NCBI RefSeq assembly: GCF_016433145.1
Contig: NC_058134.1
Location: forward strand, 303,014,392-303,078,391
Direction of reading: 5' to 3'
Source: Gracilinanus agilis
Lineage: Eukaryota
DNA: 64,000 bases
Numbering within the stretch: the first letter of the stretch is position 1; every line of letters begins with the position of its first letter. The translations under genes were made by a program, and so were the position numbers. The notes below the pieces were generated by a model, which saw only the letters and a list, made by a program, of their open reading frames with translations, was not told the origin of the DNA and searched no databases. Below, one piece after another: positions 1 to 12,610 of the stretch.

Positions 1-623
1 GCCCTGGGATCCCAGTCAACTGGATTCTTACTGTGGGTCTCAGTGCAGTAAGTGGGGGAGAGGTATTGGAAATTGAGCTTTTCAGCCCTCTAGAGGCTTC
101 GTATCTTCAGTACTGATAGATTGGATTAAGCCAATTGAGCTAGTTTGCAGAGCCAAATGTGCTTCGAGGCCAAAGGTTCCAGAGTCAGAGGCCCAAGATA
201 GAGGAGTGGTGGCTGAAGGCTGTGACCAGGCTGCCCTCCTCTCTGCCCTTCTCCTCAAGTTGCCTCCCTGCCAGCTATGGTCACAGCCCTGAGCCTCGAG
301 AAGCTGTGGTAACAAGATACTCCCTCCAGGCTGGAACCCTTACTCCAAGATCCCACCAACCCCAAGATCCCACCAACCATCTGAAACTCAGCACAGTAGG
401 TGGGGAAGGGGTCCTTGGACTTTCCTTCCTTCTTTTCCTTAAACCCAATAATTCAACCTTCTCTGCATACCCTTTAAGATGAATTGAGCAGGAGGGTCCC
501 CCAGTTCTGTCCTGCTTCTGTATTTGATTTTCTGTCCCCTGCAAAGAGCCCTGTTTTTGATTGGGGTGGAAGGGTGTCTTGACTCCACCTATCTCAAACG
601 TGTTGCTTGTAAACAAGATATCA
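1..623. mobile_element. Probable LTR/ERV fragment running off the left edge
   Basis: Abrupt compositional change to L1 sequence after ...aagatatca (CA end), and an internal 17-bp tandem duplication ccaagatcccaccaacc (345-378). Family not recognised. Confidence 0.35.
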
Positions 624-1242
624 TAGGATTCTGGTTTTAAATTCTCTCTGCTTTCTACTTTTTTTTACAAGTGAGTTCATCCATTCATATTATGATGATC
701 ATCTCTGTATTCTCCTTAACTTATGATCCAGGTCTTTCTCTCTCCTTCCACTTTGTCCTGTCCCTTTTGTTTTTAATCATCAAATCCTATTTCCCCCTCT
801 CCTATTACCCAACCTTGTCTTATTCCCCTTCTGCTTCTCTATAGGGTAAGATAGGATTCTATACCCAAATGAATGTGGTTGCTATTCACTTTCTGAGCCA
901 ACTCCAGTGAAAGCAAGGTTTAAGCATTGCCCATCACTACTCCTGTTCTCCTTTCTACTATAATAGTTTTCATGCCTCATTAAGTGAGAAAATTTACCCC
1001 TTTCTGCCTCTCCCTTCCCTTTTTCTTCAATATAATCCTCTTTTTCACCCCTTGATTTTTTTTGTATATTATGTCATCCTAATCAACTTATTTATTCCCA
1101 CACCCTCTGCCTCTGTATTCTCCTTCTAACTTTTCTAATACTAAATACTAATAAAAATTTTAAGAGTTACAAATATCACCTTTCCATGTAGAAATATAAA
1201 CAGTTTGACTTTACTGAATCCCTTAAATTTTCTGCTTCTTAA

Positions 1243-1387
1243 GGGGCATCTGGGTGGCTCAGTGGATTGAGAGCCTGGCCTAGAGTGGGTAAGTCACTTA
1301 ACCCCTATTGCCCAACCTTTACTGCTCTTTTGCCTTGGAACCAGGACAGAGTATTCATTCTAAGATTAAAGGTAAAAGTTTTAAAAA
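1243..1387 (+). mobile_element. SINE1_Mdo-type SINE, internally deleted
   Basis: The ggggcatctgggtggctcagtggattgagagcc head is joined directly to gtaagtcacttaacccc; typical 3' end ..taaaggtaaaagttttaaaaaa. Confidence 0.8.
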
Positions 1388-1820
1388 ATTCTGCTCCTTG
1401 TTTACCTTTTTAAGCTTCTTTTTAGTCTTGCATTTGAACATCATATTGCTTGGTCTTTTCATCAGGAATGCTTGGAAATCTTCTATTTTATTAAATGACC
1501 ATTTTCCCCCGGAAAAAATATACTTAGTTTTGCTGAGGAGAGGATTCTGGGTTGTAGACCTCTTCCTTTGCCTTCTAGAATATCATATTCCAAGCCTTAC
1601 AGTCCTTTAAAGCTTCTAAATCCCTTGTAATCTGTCTGTGCCTTTGGGATATTTGAATTGTTTCTTTCTAGCTGCTTACAGTATTTTCTCCTTGATCTGA
1701 AAACTCTCAAAATGGGTTTTAAAATTCCAAGGAATTTTCATTTAGGGATTTATTTCAGTAGGTGATCAGTGAATTATTTTGATTTCTGTTTTACACTCTT
1801 GTTTTAGAATAATAGGTCAA

Positions 1821-2037
1821 GAAGGCAGCTGAGTGGCTCAGCGGATTAAAAGCCAGGCCTAGAGATGGGAGGTCATAGGTTCAAATCTGGCCTTAGACAC
1901 TTCCTAGCTGTGTGACCCTGGGCAAGTTATTTAAACCCCATTGCCTAGCCCTTACCACTCTTCTGCCTTGGAGCCAATAAACAGTATTGACTCCAAGATG
2001 GAAGGTAAGGGTTTATATTTAAAAAATAAATAAATAA
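1821..2037 (+). mobile_element. SINE1_Mdo-type SINE inserted in L1 ORF1
   Basis: Full head (A/B boxes), CORE and 3' tail with (AAAT)n. The flanking aggtca repeat is a possible TSD. Confidence 0.9.
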
Positions 2038-2174
2038 CAGGTCAGTTTTCTTTTATTGTTTCTTGTAATATTGTATCTAAGTGTTTATTTGTTTTTAATC
2101 ATGGCTTTCAGATAGTCCAATAATTCTTAAATTGTCTCTCCTGGATCTCTTTTCCAGGTTGGATGTTTTATTGA

Positions 2175-3232
2175 TGTAAAAGGAAATTTTTTATTCTCTT
2201 TGTCTATGTTGAGTTAATCAAACAAAAACTTAAAAACACCTCTACTTAACACTAAGTAAGGGAGTTCACAGTCACTTACTTGGAGAGCTCCATGCTTTTA
2301 ACCCAGTCAGAAACTTGTGAATCCTTTAATAAGAATTTATACCTTCAGAGGATGAGAGGTATGGATCCCAAACTTGTGAGTTGTATGATCAGAGTTGATA
2401 TTTTCAGAGGCCTTTGATAAGAGTTGACACCTTCAGAGGATGAGAGGTATGAATCCCACAGGAAGTGCTAGACAATTTGGAAAATGTGATTAGCCAGGGG
2501 CAGCTGGGTAGCAGTGGATTGAGAGTCAGGCCTAGAGGCAGGAGGTCCTAGTTTCAAATATGGCCTCAGACACTTCCCAGCTGTGTGACCCTGGGCAAAT
2601 CACTTGACCCCCATTGCCTACTCTTACCACTCTTCCACCTAGGAGCCAATACACAGAAGTTAAGGGTTTAAAAAAAATTGGATTGGCCCCTATGAAGAGG
2701 GGCAGGGACAAGAAGTCACCATAAAAGCAAGCCCCAAACTCCCTCAGAGAAGATTGTCTTTGAGAAGATAGTCTGAAGAGATTGTCTTCTGGAGATAGTC
2801 TTCTGACTGGGGAATGTCTTTGAGGGAGCTTCACTGGAGACTGCAGCTTGGATCATGCATGGCTTTGGAGCTCAGCTAAAAGTTAGACTCTGACTCCTGG
2901 ACTACTTCACTGGGTGAGTAAAAGGCTGACTCCTTTTCTAGTTTCCTAAGAGATTAGCTTCCATCTTAGAGAAGACTGAGTGTTTACTCATCACCAGCCT
3001 TCCTGGTTGAGAGCTAATTAATCTCTGCCTGAATTAAGCAGACCTAGAGTTAAAAACATTTAGGTTGATAGGATAGATAATCTCTCTAACCTCTTCACAT
3101 TACTCTATTGTTTCTTCTCCATTTTGTAAATATTTGTAAATAAATTTCTGACTCAAGATGTAATAAATACTGGAGATCACAAAATTTCATATAATCATTA
3201 CATATATATTAAAATTCATATAATTAATTACA
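2175..3232 (+). mobile_element. Solo LTR (class I ERV-like) with 4-bp TSD TTGA
   Basis: Termini TGTAA...TTACA; TTGA at 2171-2174 and 3233-3236; AATAAA near 3163. Removing it restores the L1 ORF1 reading frame (ENMKYVINKTSNL). Confidence 0.88.
2497..2677 (+). mobile_element. SINE1_Mdo-type SINE (short-tail variant) nested in the solo LTR
   Basis: ggggcagctgggtag..ccacctaggagccaatacacagaagttaagggttt(A)n, with a degenerate TSD aaaatgtgattagcc / aaaattggattggcc. Confidence 0.9.
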
Positions 3233-3873
3233 TTGATGACATATTTCATGTTTTCTTCTATTTTTTCATTCTTTTGATTTTGTTTTGTTTCTTGATGTTT
3301 CATAAAGTCATTAGCTCCTACTTGCCCAATTCTAATTTTTTAAAAATTATTTTCTCCTGTGAGCTTCTGAACCTCCTTTTCCATTTGGCCAATTCTGTTT
3401 TGTATTGCTATTGTTTGTCTTCCACATTTTTCCTCTGCCTTTCTTTCATTTTTGAAATATTTTTTGATCTCTTTCTAGAGCCTGAGACCAATTCCCATTT
3501 TTTTGAAGTTTTGCATTTAGCTGCTTTGATCTCACTGTCCATTTCTGAGTCTGTGCCTTTTTCTTTTCTGTCTCCATAGTAATTTCCTATGGTTAAGGGT
3601 TATTTTTGATGTTTGTTCATTTTCCTAGTCTTTTTCTTCAGCTTTTATTTTATCTTAAAGGTGGAGTCTATTTGCAAGGTAGAGAGGGTACTCTCTTAAA
3701 CTTCATTTTTTTCTTTGCTGTTACCCTCAGCTCTAGTTCCTGATTCCTGCAAGTTTCAATTCTTCCAAGGTGGTATGATGGCCTGGGGTGTGGGAGCTTA
3801 GAAAGCCACCAGAAGACTGCTGATTCAGTCTTTCCTAGGGACTGCTGAGCTTGCAAGGCTCAGAGCACTATGC

Positions 3874-4546
3874 TGTAAGGGAGAAAAAGGGTTTTTTTTT
3901 TGGTTCAATATATTAAAATATGGTCACCAGAGGATTCAACAATCATCAATCCTCAATTAAGAATAATCTCAAGTCAAAATTGACTTTTATGGAAGTTTAT
4001 TTACAATTGAGGAGAGAGGAAATAAGGAAATAAGAATCTAACACAGTAGGTAATTACTATGATCCTCTGATTAATCCAGGTAGATCTAATTAACCCTCAG
4101 CTAAGAGAGTCTCTATTAAAGGGAAGTTCCTTAAGAGAAGTTCAGGAAGATTCAGACTTTGAACTCACCACATGGACTTCTAAAGAAGATATTGAAAGCA
4201 GTCTCATCAAGGTCTCAGCGTTCCAGCCAGCATTCCTCCACAAACCAAAAGAGCTCCTTCCCCAGCCACCCTCTTCACCAGAAGCCCCTCAGCTGATTGA
4301 GGACCTTCTCCTTTTAAAGGAGTCACTTATGCATCACTTCCTGTGCCTCCCTCCTAATTTGTGTGTTCAATCACAATAGATGCTTCTCATAGGACCACCT
4401 AGGGGGCAGTCAGTTGATTCTGATTCATCACCCACTCTAGCACACATGGGTTATGGACCTCCAAAAATTGGAGGCTCTCTCACCTTTGGTGATTAAATCT
4501 AAAGATAGGCAGTGTAGACTTAATCTAACTTAATCTAATTGTCACA
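3874..4546 (-). mobile_element. ERV 3' LTR
   Basis: The minus strand reads AGGGGGAT (polypurine tract, 4547-4554) then TGTGACAA...CCCTTACA. It carries a TATA-like tttaaaa and an AATAAA in the same orientation. Confidence 0.8.
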
Positions 4547-5945
4547 ATCCCCCTGTGATCATTTGGGAGACTGGTCTCCCCAATTGATCATTTGATATAA
4601 TCATCTTGTACCCCTAAAATTCTAACTACAATAGTTAGAGATAAGAGGTAAGTAGAAGAGATAGAAAGAGCAAAACCAGTGTTTTGCTAGATGCATTAAC
4701 AAAAAGCCAATTAAGGGGCAATCCCCTTTGGCATAAGAGTTTACAATTCAAAATAATTGTGTTCAATCCCCTCAAGTTCAATTAGTTGCAACCCACAGTT
4801 CATTTTGGATCATTTTGATTCAGTGTAGTTTTCTGCAGGCAAATAGTCCATTTTCTGGTTTCAAAGTGTTAGCAGACTTCTTTTTCTGAAAAATTTTCTC
4901 CAACAAAATTTTAAAACTTGGATTTTTATAAAAATACAATCCTCCCGGAAGAGGGTATTTGACCAACACCCAGATCAACTCAGAATACATCGTTGAGGTA
5001 TGGGGTGTATAAGTCAATTATCAAAAGAAAAACCAAAAGCATAAAAAAATTAAATTTGGGGAGAAATAAAGATTCAAAATAAGAATCAAAATATCAAAAA
5101 TATATGCATGTAAAATTTTCTGATTAGACAAGAATAAATTCATAACAGGGTCCAATTAAATTCATATTAGGGTCCAATTAAAGTAAATTCTGTATCATAA
5201 ATCTGTAAGACAAAATGCAGTAATATTGCACTTACCCATTGGCAGCAAAAACTATAGCAAGTTGCCATATCATAAGAGAAAAAAGGACTAGATTTTTATG
5301 TACATAATGTACATAAATGTAACAATGTAAATAAATGTACAATATACAAGGGAAGTATACATTCCCTGGTCTGATTTCACTTTATTCTCAGGGATAGGGG
5401 AGCCAGAATGATGATGGCCAACCTTTGGTTCTCGACTGGCAGTGTAGTATGAAGAGTCCTATGTCTTAACATATGTTAAGCATCACAACTTCGAATCTCA
5501 CACTAGGTTGAAGTCCTTTAGTATTGACCTAAAAGTTCAACAATCCTACTTCTATTGGTATGATCTTTTTTGACCTTGTGCTCCATGGCACTATTCAGTT
5601 TCTCATCAATCCCAATTGGACTGGTTGGTCCCCATGATGTTGTGCTGCTTCCACTGTATGGTGGCTCTGTTATTCTCTTCTTCTGAAATAATTAATCACA
5701 GTCTTATATTTAATGATAAATGACAGGTTACCATAGTCTAGGGCTTTTGGGGTATGCATTAATATTATAGCAAATATATTATAAACATATTACTGCAGAA
5801 TCAAAAAGTAATATTGATTATATATGCTTTAAGTATAAGAAATAAACAAGTTCTATTAGATATCCTATTAGAAAATATTCTATTAGAAACATAAAAGGCA
5901 ACAGAAAAATAAATTCACGAATTCAATGTGTTGCCATAATTGGTG
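4547..5945 (-). mobile_element. ERV internal remnant upstream of the 3' LTR (5' part missing)
   Basis: Begins at the PPT and is non-L1 sequence interrupting the L1 5'UTR. No gag/pol/env motif was recognised. The right boundary is approximate. Confidence 0.55.
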
Positions 5946-7159
5946 TCTACTTTTTCTGTGGACTATTATCTATGGGACTGAGGGCTCAGGCCTTCACTCT
6001 TGGCTTATATTAGCCATGTGCCTTTTGTACTGCCTTGCACTGGGGTGTGGTGCACCTTGAACTTGAGCATGGTCTAGGAGCCTTAATGTATGCCTAAACC
6101 AGTAATGCATGCTGTGTACTGCCTGATGCTAGGGCTTAGGCCCTCATTCCAGTCTTTTTCTAGGGCTTAGAACTTCAAGGGGTGAGCATGAGTGCTCTGC
6201 CATTGTCTTAGGTAGAGTCTCAGAGTCTTGAAGTTGGCTTGGGCCCAGATTCAGAACCTGGAACAGCAGATATGGGTGGGGGTTCTTGCTGTTGGCTTAC
6301 CCTGATACTCTTTGGTATGGCCTTGCAATGGTCTGCACTGCCCTCTCACACCAGTGAACCAAACTCTGTCTGCCTACCTTCCAAGTTGTCTTCTGTAGGA
6401 AACCTGCTTCTCTTCATTCCCTTTTTGTCTCTGTCACCCCAGTATTCATTTTGAAGCTTTGTTTTGAAAAGATTCTCGGAGAGGTTTGAGCATTCTATGT
6501 CTCTCTTCTGCCGTCTTGGCTCTGCTTCCCAAAGCTTGGCATCTTAGTCATTGTGGATACAAGTTGTTATCTGGCAGGGACTGGTTTGTTTCCAATGGTC
6601 ATCCTCATATGAGGGCCTCACCTAGCCTCAAGTCTGAAAGGGAGCCCTCATAGGAGAAAATCTGATCTAAGAGACCCTTCCCTAGATTTTACTTGGAAAG
6701 AAGTTTCTTTTCAGGACACCTGGTTTAATAGTATACTGGGAGTGTTTTTTCGCAAAGAACCCAGGCTCTGTTGCTTATTTGTATCTGAGTAACTTTGGGG
6801 AAATGTGATTGGTGGTAGTGATGGTAATGTGGTCCAAAAGTGGGATTTCATCAAGGTATGGGGTTCCCCATGATAGAATTCTGTCCCCATACAAATTGAC
6901 CTCCACAGCTTATCCTAGAGAGTTGCCTGGGGCTGTGTGAGATTTAAGCAATTTACTCCTAATCCCATAGCCAATAGTTAGGGGAACCCCATTCTTCCTG
7001 ACCCCCATGTTGCCCTCTATCCACTACACTGAGCTGCCTCTATTATTATTCTTTTTGTCAGCTAATTTTTTGGTGACATTTTAAGTCTTCCAAAGTACTT
7101 GACCCTTGACAACCTTGTAATTCTCTTAAAATGAAAGCTTTGTACCAGATACTCCCCAA

Positions 7160-7330
7160 GGTCCCTTCTAGCTTTAGACCTGGCATTCCCAAGTCCAGCC
7201 TCTAGCCTTCCATTGCTATGTGACCTGGGCAAACCATTTAAGGTCTCTGATATCCAGTTTCCTCCTCTGTGAAATAAGAATAACAATCGACCTTCCACTG
7301 AATTGATGAGGCATTATGATAAGCATTAAT
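7160..7330 (+). mobile_element. MIR-family SINE fragment
   Basis: CORE motif tgtgacctgggcaaaccatttaaggtctctg..cagtttcctcctctgtgaaat. Confidence 0.7.
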
Positions 7331-7559
7331 GTGCTGCTGGGGTGGGAATTATCATGGGATCCCAACTCAGGGAGTTCAGGAGGCAGCTCCAAATGCTCAT
7401 GAGACCCAATTGTTTAATTGTCATTGAGAGCATCTACAACTTATAAATCAGCAAATGGCCACAAAAAGATGGTCTATACTTTTTTTTTAGGAATTAATAA
7501 TGCAGATTAGATTTAGAAATGTATCATGTATATTTTTTGAGTCTTAAATCTTAATTAGT

Positions 7560-7870
7560 ATACCTTGGCCCTGGACTTGGCACATAGTAGGTGCTTTAAT
7601 GAATGAGAATTTGATTTGAGAATGCCTAATGGCTCTAGTATAGCTCACCCAGGGCAAGATCAAATGGCTGCATGTAACTTTACTTCAAATAGTTAGCAGG
7701 GCAATAATGTTACATAAGTTTAATCCTGCTCTTTTTCTTGCTGTTTAATGATTTTATCAATACTTATTAAGCACCTACTATGTGCCAGGCACTGTTCTGC
7801 ATGATAGGACTATAAATATAAAAAACAAAACCATCCCTATCCTCAGGCATTCTAACTAGAGAAACAATTC
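7560..7870. mobile_element. Two L2 3'-end fragments in opposite orientation
   Basis: ggcacatagtaggtgctttaatgaatg (+, ~7578-7605) and ttattaagcacctactatgtgccaggcactg (-, ~7763-7795). Confidence 0.7.
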
Positions 7871-7951
7871 ACACACACACACACATACTCACACTAAACT
7901 CTGTCTGCCTGCCTGCCTGCCTGCCTGTCTGTCTATCTACCTGTTTGTCTA
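7871..7951. repeat. Compound microsatellite (CA)n/(CCTG)n/(TCTA)n running into an assembly gap
   Basis: Seen directly. Confidence 0.9.
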
Positions 7952-8124
7952 NNNNNNNNNNNNNNNNNNNNNNNNNNNNNNNNNNNNNNNNNNNNNNNNN
8001 NNNNNNNNNNNNNNNNNNNNNNNNNNNNNNNNNNNNNNNNNNNNNNNNNNNNNNNNNNNNNNNNNNNNNNNNNNNNNNNNNNNNNNNNNNNNNNNNNNNN
8101 NNNNNNNNNNNNNNNNNNNNNNNN
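7952..8124. other. Assembly gap (173 N)
   Basis: N run. Confidence 1.
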
Positions 8125-10149
8125 AAGACAGGCAGTAGTTCTTTATTATTGATAATCTCAGAGCTGGAAGAACATGCATCAGTTATCTCCTTTGACCCAC
8201 AACTAGTCAAAAATGTCCTCTATAATACCTGGGCAGTGGGGCCTGGTGGCATGAGTTGGGCATTCAGAATGAGAAGACCTGGGTTCAAATTCTGCCTTTG
8301 CTCTCTGCTCCCTGTGTGACTTCAGACAAATCATTTCCCTACCTGGGCTTTGGTTTCTTATTCTACAAAATGAAAGCAATCCTTGAGCTTCTTTTGAGTT
8401 CTAAATTCTACAGTCCCTGTCATCCAAAGCTCTAGGCATGGCTGTGATGGGGAGGTCACTGTATCCTGAGGAAGCCTCTGTGCATTGCACATACTGCATG
8501 AGTTTTGGAAGTCAGTAGGCAGAGCCTCAATTCCCCAGCATAAGCCAAAGGATGACAGTGCCCTTGCTAAGGTCGATCTGGGTCATTGGCAGAATCCTGT
8601 GCTCTTTGGTTTATCTGGCAAAGGATCAGAACAGTGTCCAGCAGCACCTGGGATAGCAGCCACCCTTGGCAGACTCTGCAATGGCTCTAGATGGCCCTTA
8701 CCCAGCATGTTACAAATGCCAGGCTCGCTGGCTTAAGCCTATGGAGCAAGGTGGTGTCACTGCAGTAGGCAAGACTGGCCAACCAACCAGGCTGATGGAT
8801 CTGTAGTCAATCCTTCCTCCAGGATAGGACAGGCAGGATTTCAGGAACCAAGGTGAACACTGAAGGCACACAAGAGAGAGGCATCTGATTTTCTGTATAT
8901 GGTATCCTTTGGGACTAGGAAAGGGCTGGAACATAGCAGGCACTTCAGAAATGTTTGTGGATTGCCTGATTTGCTTCCTGGCCTGGTTCAGTAGGTGGAG
9001 TTTCAGAATCAATTCAAAAAGCATCTATTAGGTGCCTACTTTATGCCACTCCTTGTGGATACAGAGATACTACCCTTGGGGGAACCACGTTCTACGGAGG
9101 GGAAGCTAATTTCTTGCCCTCTGAAATGTAGGAGGAGCAGATCCTTTGATCCTGGAGTGCTATCAGGGGTGAAGACAAGGAGGGGGATCCAAACTCCTCT
9201 TCATTCTGTACTTGAGTCTGGGTTGGGGTCTCTGACTCATCTCAAGTGGCTACAGGCAGGATAATTCATGTTTAGATTAGACTTTCTCATTGGCACAACT
9301 CTGAAAAAGAGGGAAAACAGCAAAGGATCTCAGCTTTCTACTCTCTCTAGGAGAGGAAATCATACTCATTCTGCTTGGCCTCTGGGGGGTAAATCCAGGA
9401 GCAGTGCGGAGGGCCAGAGGGAAAGGTGGCAGGCACTTACTTGCTTTGAGAATAAGGAGGGCAAGGGGAATATCACTTGCTCACAGTGAAAACTATCCCA
9501 CAGAAGGGTGGGTTGTCTTAAAAGTAAGGAAGGTGTCCAACACTGCAGATCTCCAAAGATAATGAGAGCTGATGGTCACCCCCTCTGAAGGGTACTGGTC
9601 ATCAGGGACTGGATTTGGCATCAGATGACTATTTCATGTCCCAGCTTTATCTCTTACCAGCAGTGTGTCTCAGGACCACTTGGATAACTTCTCTGGTCCT
9701 CAGTTTTGTTATCTGTGAAATTGGAAGGGGGTGGCCGGAAGGAGGGCATCAGGTTGCCCTGGGCAACCTTCAATATTCTTCAAGCTCTAGATCTGATCCA
9801 AAATAACCCTGTGAGGTATATAGTAGAAATACTAATATCCTTAATTTGACAGAAGAAGAAATCAAGGCTTGCTCCTGGCTTATCCAACATCCCACATATT
9901 CTAAGTGTCCAGATCCTATCCCCTTTTCTCTTCCCTCCCCCTCTCTCCCTTTCTTCTTCTCCTCTTCCTCCTTCTTCACTCAAAACTCCCAGGGCCCAAG
10001 ACTCTTCGATGTTTTTTATGCATGATAGCATTCAAAGGTGTTGTGTCTGGGGGTTTGAGCCTATGATTTGCGATGTGCATTTGGGTTTCTGGGGAAGCTG
10101 AAGTTGGGTCCTCACCGTTAATTATGAGACTGGAACAATTTTGAAAAAT

Positions 10150-10930
10150 AAAACAATAATAATGATAATAGTAACAATAACTGGCATTTATGGGACACTG
10201 TAAAGGTGGCAAAGTGATTTACCTACATTATTTCAATTTAATATCACAGGAATTCTGTGAGATGAAGGTACTTACCAGAATTACTGCTGCCTCTTATTTT
10301 CTCCTCCAAGAAACAGAAGAAAGGAGGAGGGGGGGGCTCCCTTTTGTGTTTCTAATTCAGTTTGAACACTTTTGCCAGACATTCAAGGCCCACCTCCATC
10401 TGGTACCACCTACCTCTCCAGCCTTATTTTCCCTTACTACCTTGTATGCATTCTTTGCTGCATACAAACAGAATGACTTTATGTCCCCACCCCACCCCTC
10501 ATTACTGTTCATCCTTTAAGGCCCAATTTAAATGCCACCTCCTCCAAAAAGCATTCTTGGATTCCTCTAAGTTTATAAAGACCCTCCCTCTTAGACTTCA
10601 CAGAACACTTTGCCCTTCCCTGAAACCCTTATGCAATGTAAATAATATTATAATTCATTTTATGAGTATCTTCTCCTCTTGCACAGACAGCACCTAATTA
10701 TAAGCTTGTATGGACTGTTTTAACTAGTCCAACTCTTCATGACCCCATTTGAGGTTTTCTTGGCAGATACGTGGAGTGGTTCGCCAATCTTTCTCCAGTT
10801 CATTTTACAGATAAGGAAACTGAGGCAAACAAGGTTAAGCGACTTGCCCAGGGTCACACAGTGAATGTCTTTGAACTCAAGGAAATGAGTCTCCCTGACT
10901 TGAAGCCCAGCACTCTCTACACTGTGGCTT
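10150..10930. mobile_element. MIR(-) / L2(+) / MIR(-) relic cluster
   Basis: ttttacagataaggaaactgaggc..ggttaagcgacttgcccagggtcacac (MIR); tttaaatgccacctcctcc (L2). Confidence 0.7.
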
Positions 10931-12269
10931 TGCCAATGAAGCAAAGGCTTTTACGGGTCCTATAATACACCATGTGGGAAAGGCATCAGGGATGGGCCAA
11001 GATCCCATACTCTTGTTCTCTTTCTGTTGGAGATGAGATCTCAAAGAGCATCCAGAACTCAGAGGGGATGAGGATGAATGTCTAACTGACTGAGCAGTGG
11101 AAGCCCTGTGTTTTTCTGGGCTCTCTTTGCCTTCTCTGATGCACACAGTAGTCACTTTGTGAATGATTGGAGAATAGGATGAACTCTTTCTGCTTTTCAT
11201 GGATTCCCTGTTGCTGAAGTGGGAATTTAATGAGGTTTTCTATATAAATATTCAGGACTGGTCTTGTGTTGCTGAGTTGGCTTTTCTTCTTATCCTCCCC
11301 CATCCCACACCCTGTTGCTTCTCCCTGCTTGGTCAGAGCAGCCCTGGGAGTTGATGTTACTCCACAACCTCTTTTCTGAGGAGACAGGAGCTGCCCTACC
11401 TGGAGGTGTCTGATCCCATCCCTGGCATTACAAGCTTCTTTGTAACCTGAAGTCTGTTGGTACCTTCCACCCAAGCTCCCTGTTCCTCCTTTAAAGGGGA
11501 GGCTGAAGTGAATCTTAACGTAAGAGGCAATTGTATCTGATTAACATGCCTGAGAATCAGGCAAAGGACCCTGTCAGCTCAACCCCAGAGCATCGTAACC
11601 TGGGTTGGGTTTTTCCAGCTTCCAAGGAAGAGTCTTAGAGTGTCTCAAATTCCTTCAGTCTCCTTTGATGTGAGTGGGCTGAAGATTTGCAGAGAAAACT
11701 CAGATATCCTATGTGCAAAACCACCAAGGCTCACACAGCCTCTCACTATGCTCCAGGAAAGGAGCATAGAAAAAAGATGACCCACTGAGGTCAGCCCGGC
11801 CCCTGGCAATGCTAGAGCTTTTACAGCAGGGACATTAGGCTACAGCTATCTGGGGAAATACACTAAATCATCCTCAATCCTCACTGTTCTAGGATCCTAC
11901 TAGAAAGAATTAGATAAGAAGCAATATATGGGCAGCAAGCCAGAAAGCCCACCAGTGGATCCACCATGTCTATCGGGACCACACACATTGGCCTATCACA
12001 TTAGTCCCTGACATATTGCTCTCAGAAAAACTGGGTTCAGCTCCAGATTCGCTAAATACTCTGGACAGAAGCCAGGCACACTAGGCTCCCTGGGTTTTGC
12101 CTTCTTATACAATGACTAGGTTGGAGTGGGCCATCTCTAAGCCCCATTCCATTTCTAAACCTTTAATTTCTATGGTGTACACAAAGAAAGGATTTCTAAA
12201 TATCAGTTGGAGAAAAGACCTAATCCATGTCAGAAACAAAGAAGATTTTTACTAGATGCCCTGCCCAAA

Positions 12270-12610
12270 CTCTCTTAATACCAAAATCTTCCCTCTGTTG
12301 TTTATCTCCAACTATGCCGTGTAGATTTTGTCTCTCTATATATAGGTATTTATTTGTGTATTGTCTCCCCCTTTAGACTCTGAGCAAAATTATATTTTAC
12401 CTTTCTTTATAAATTGCTTTTCTTTATAATAAAAATTATATTTTACCTTTCTTTATAAATTACTTTTCTTTATAATAAAAATTATATTTTACCTTTCTTT
12501 ATAAATTACTTTTCTTTATAATAAAAATTATATTTTACCTTTCTTTATGAATTTATAACCTTCCTTTAGCACAGTGTCTAAAATATAGTGGGTGCTTAAT
12601 AAATGTGTAC
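12270..12610 (+). mobile_element. L2 3' end containing a minisatellite
   Basis: ttgtctccccctttagactctgagc .. ttagcacagtgtctaaaatatagtgggtgcttaataaatg. Confidence 0.75.
12386..12554. repeat. 46-bp AT-rich minisatellite, ~3.7 copies
   Basis: Unit aaaaattatattttacctttctttataaattacttttctttataat starting at 12386, 12431, 12477 and 12523; copies are near-identical. Confidence 0.95.

Larger units (their letters stand above)
624..6530 (-). mobile_element. Old marsupial LINE-1 (5'UTR, ORF1 and inter-ORF spacer), antisense in the TAFA5 intron and interrupted by SINEs and LTR elements
   Basis: The minus strand starts gggaagcagagccaagacggcag (L1 5' end, 6530). The ORF1 ATG is at 3620 (ATGAACAAACATCAAAAA..). 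ORF1p motifs: QETKQNQKNEKIEENMKYVINKTSNLEKRSRRDNLRIIGLSESH across the LTR insertion, and C-terminal KIEDFQAFLMKRP (~1450-1500). Confidence 0.85.

Noticed and set aside
7945-8319. ORFs spanning N-runs (also 35651-36192)
   Set aside because: They are artefacts of translating assembly gaps.
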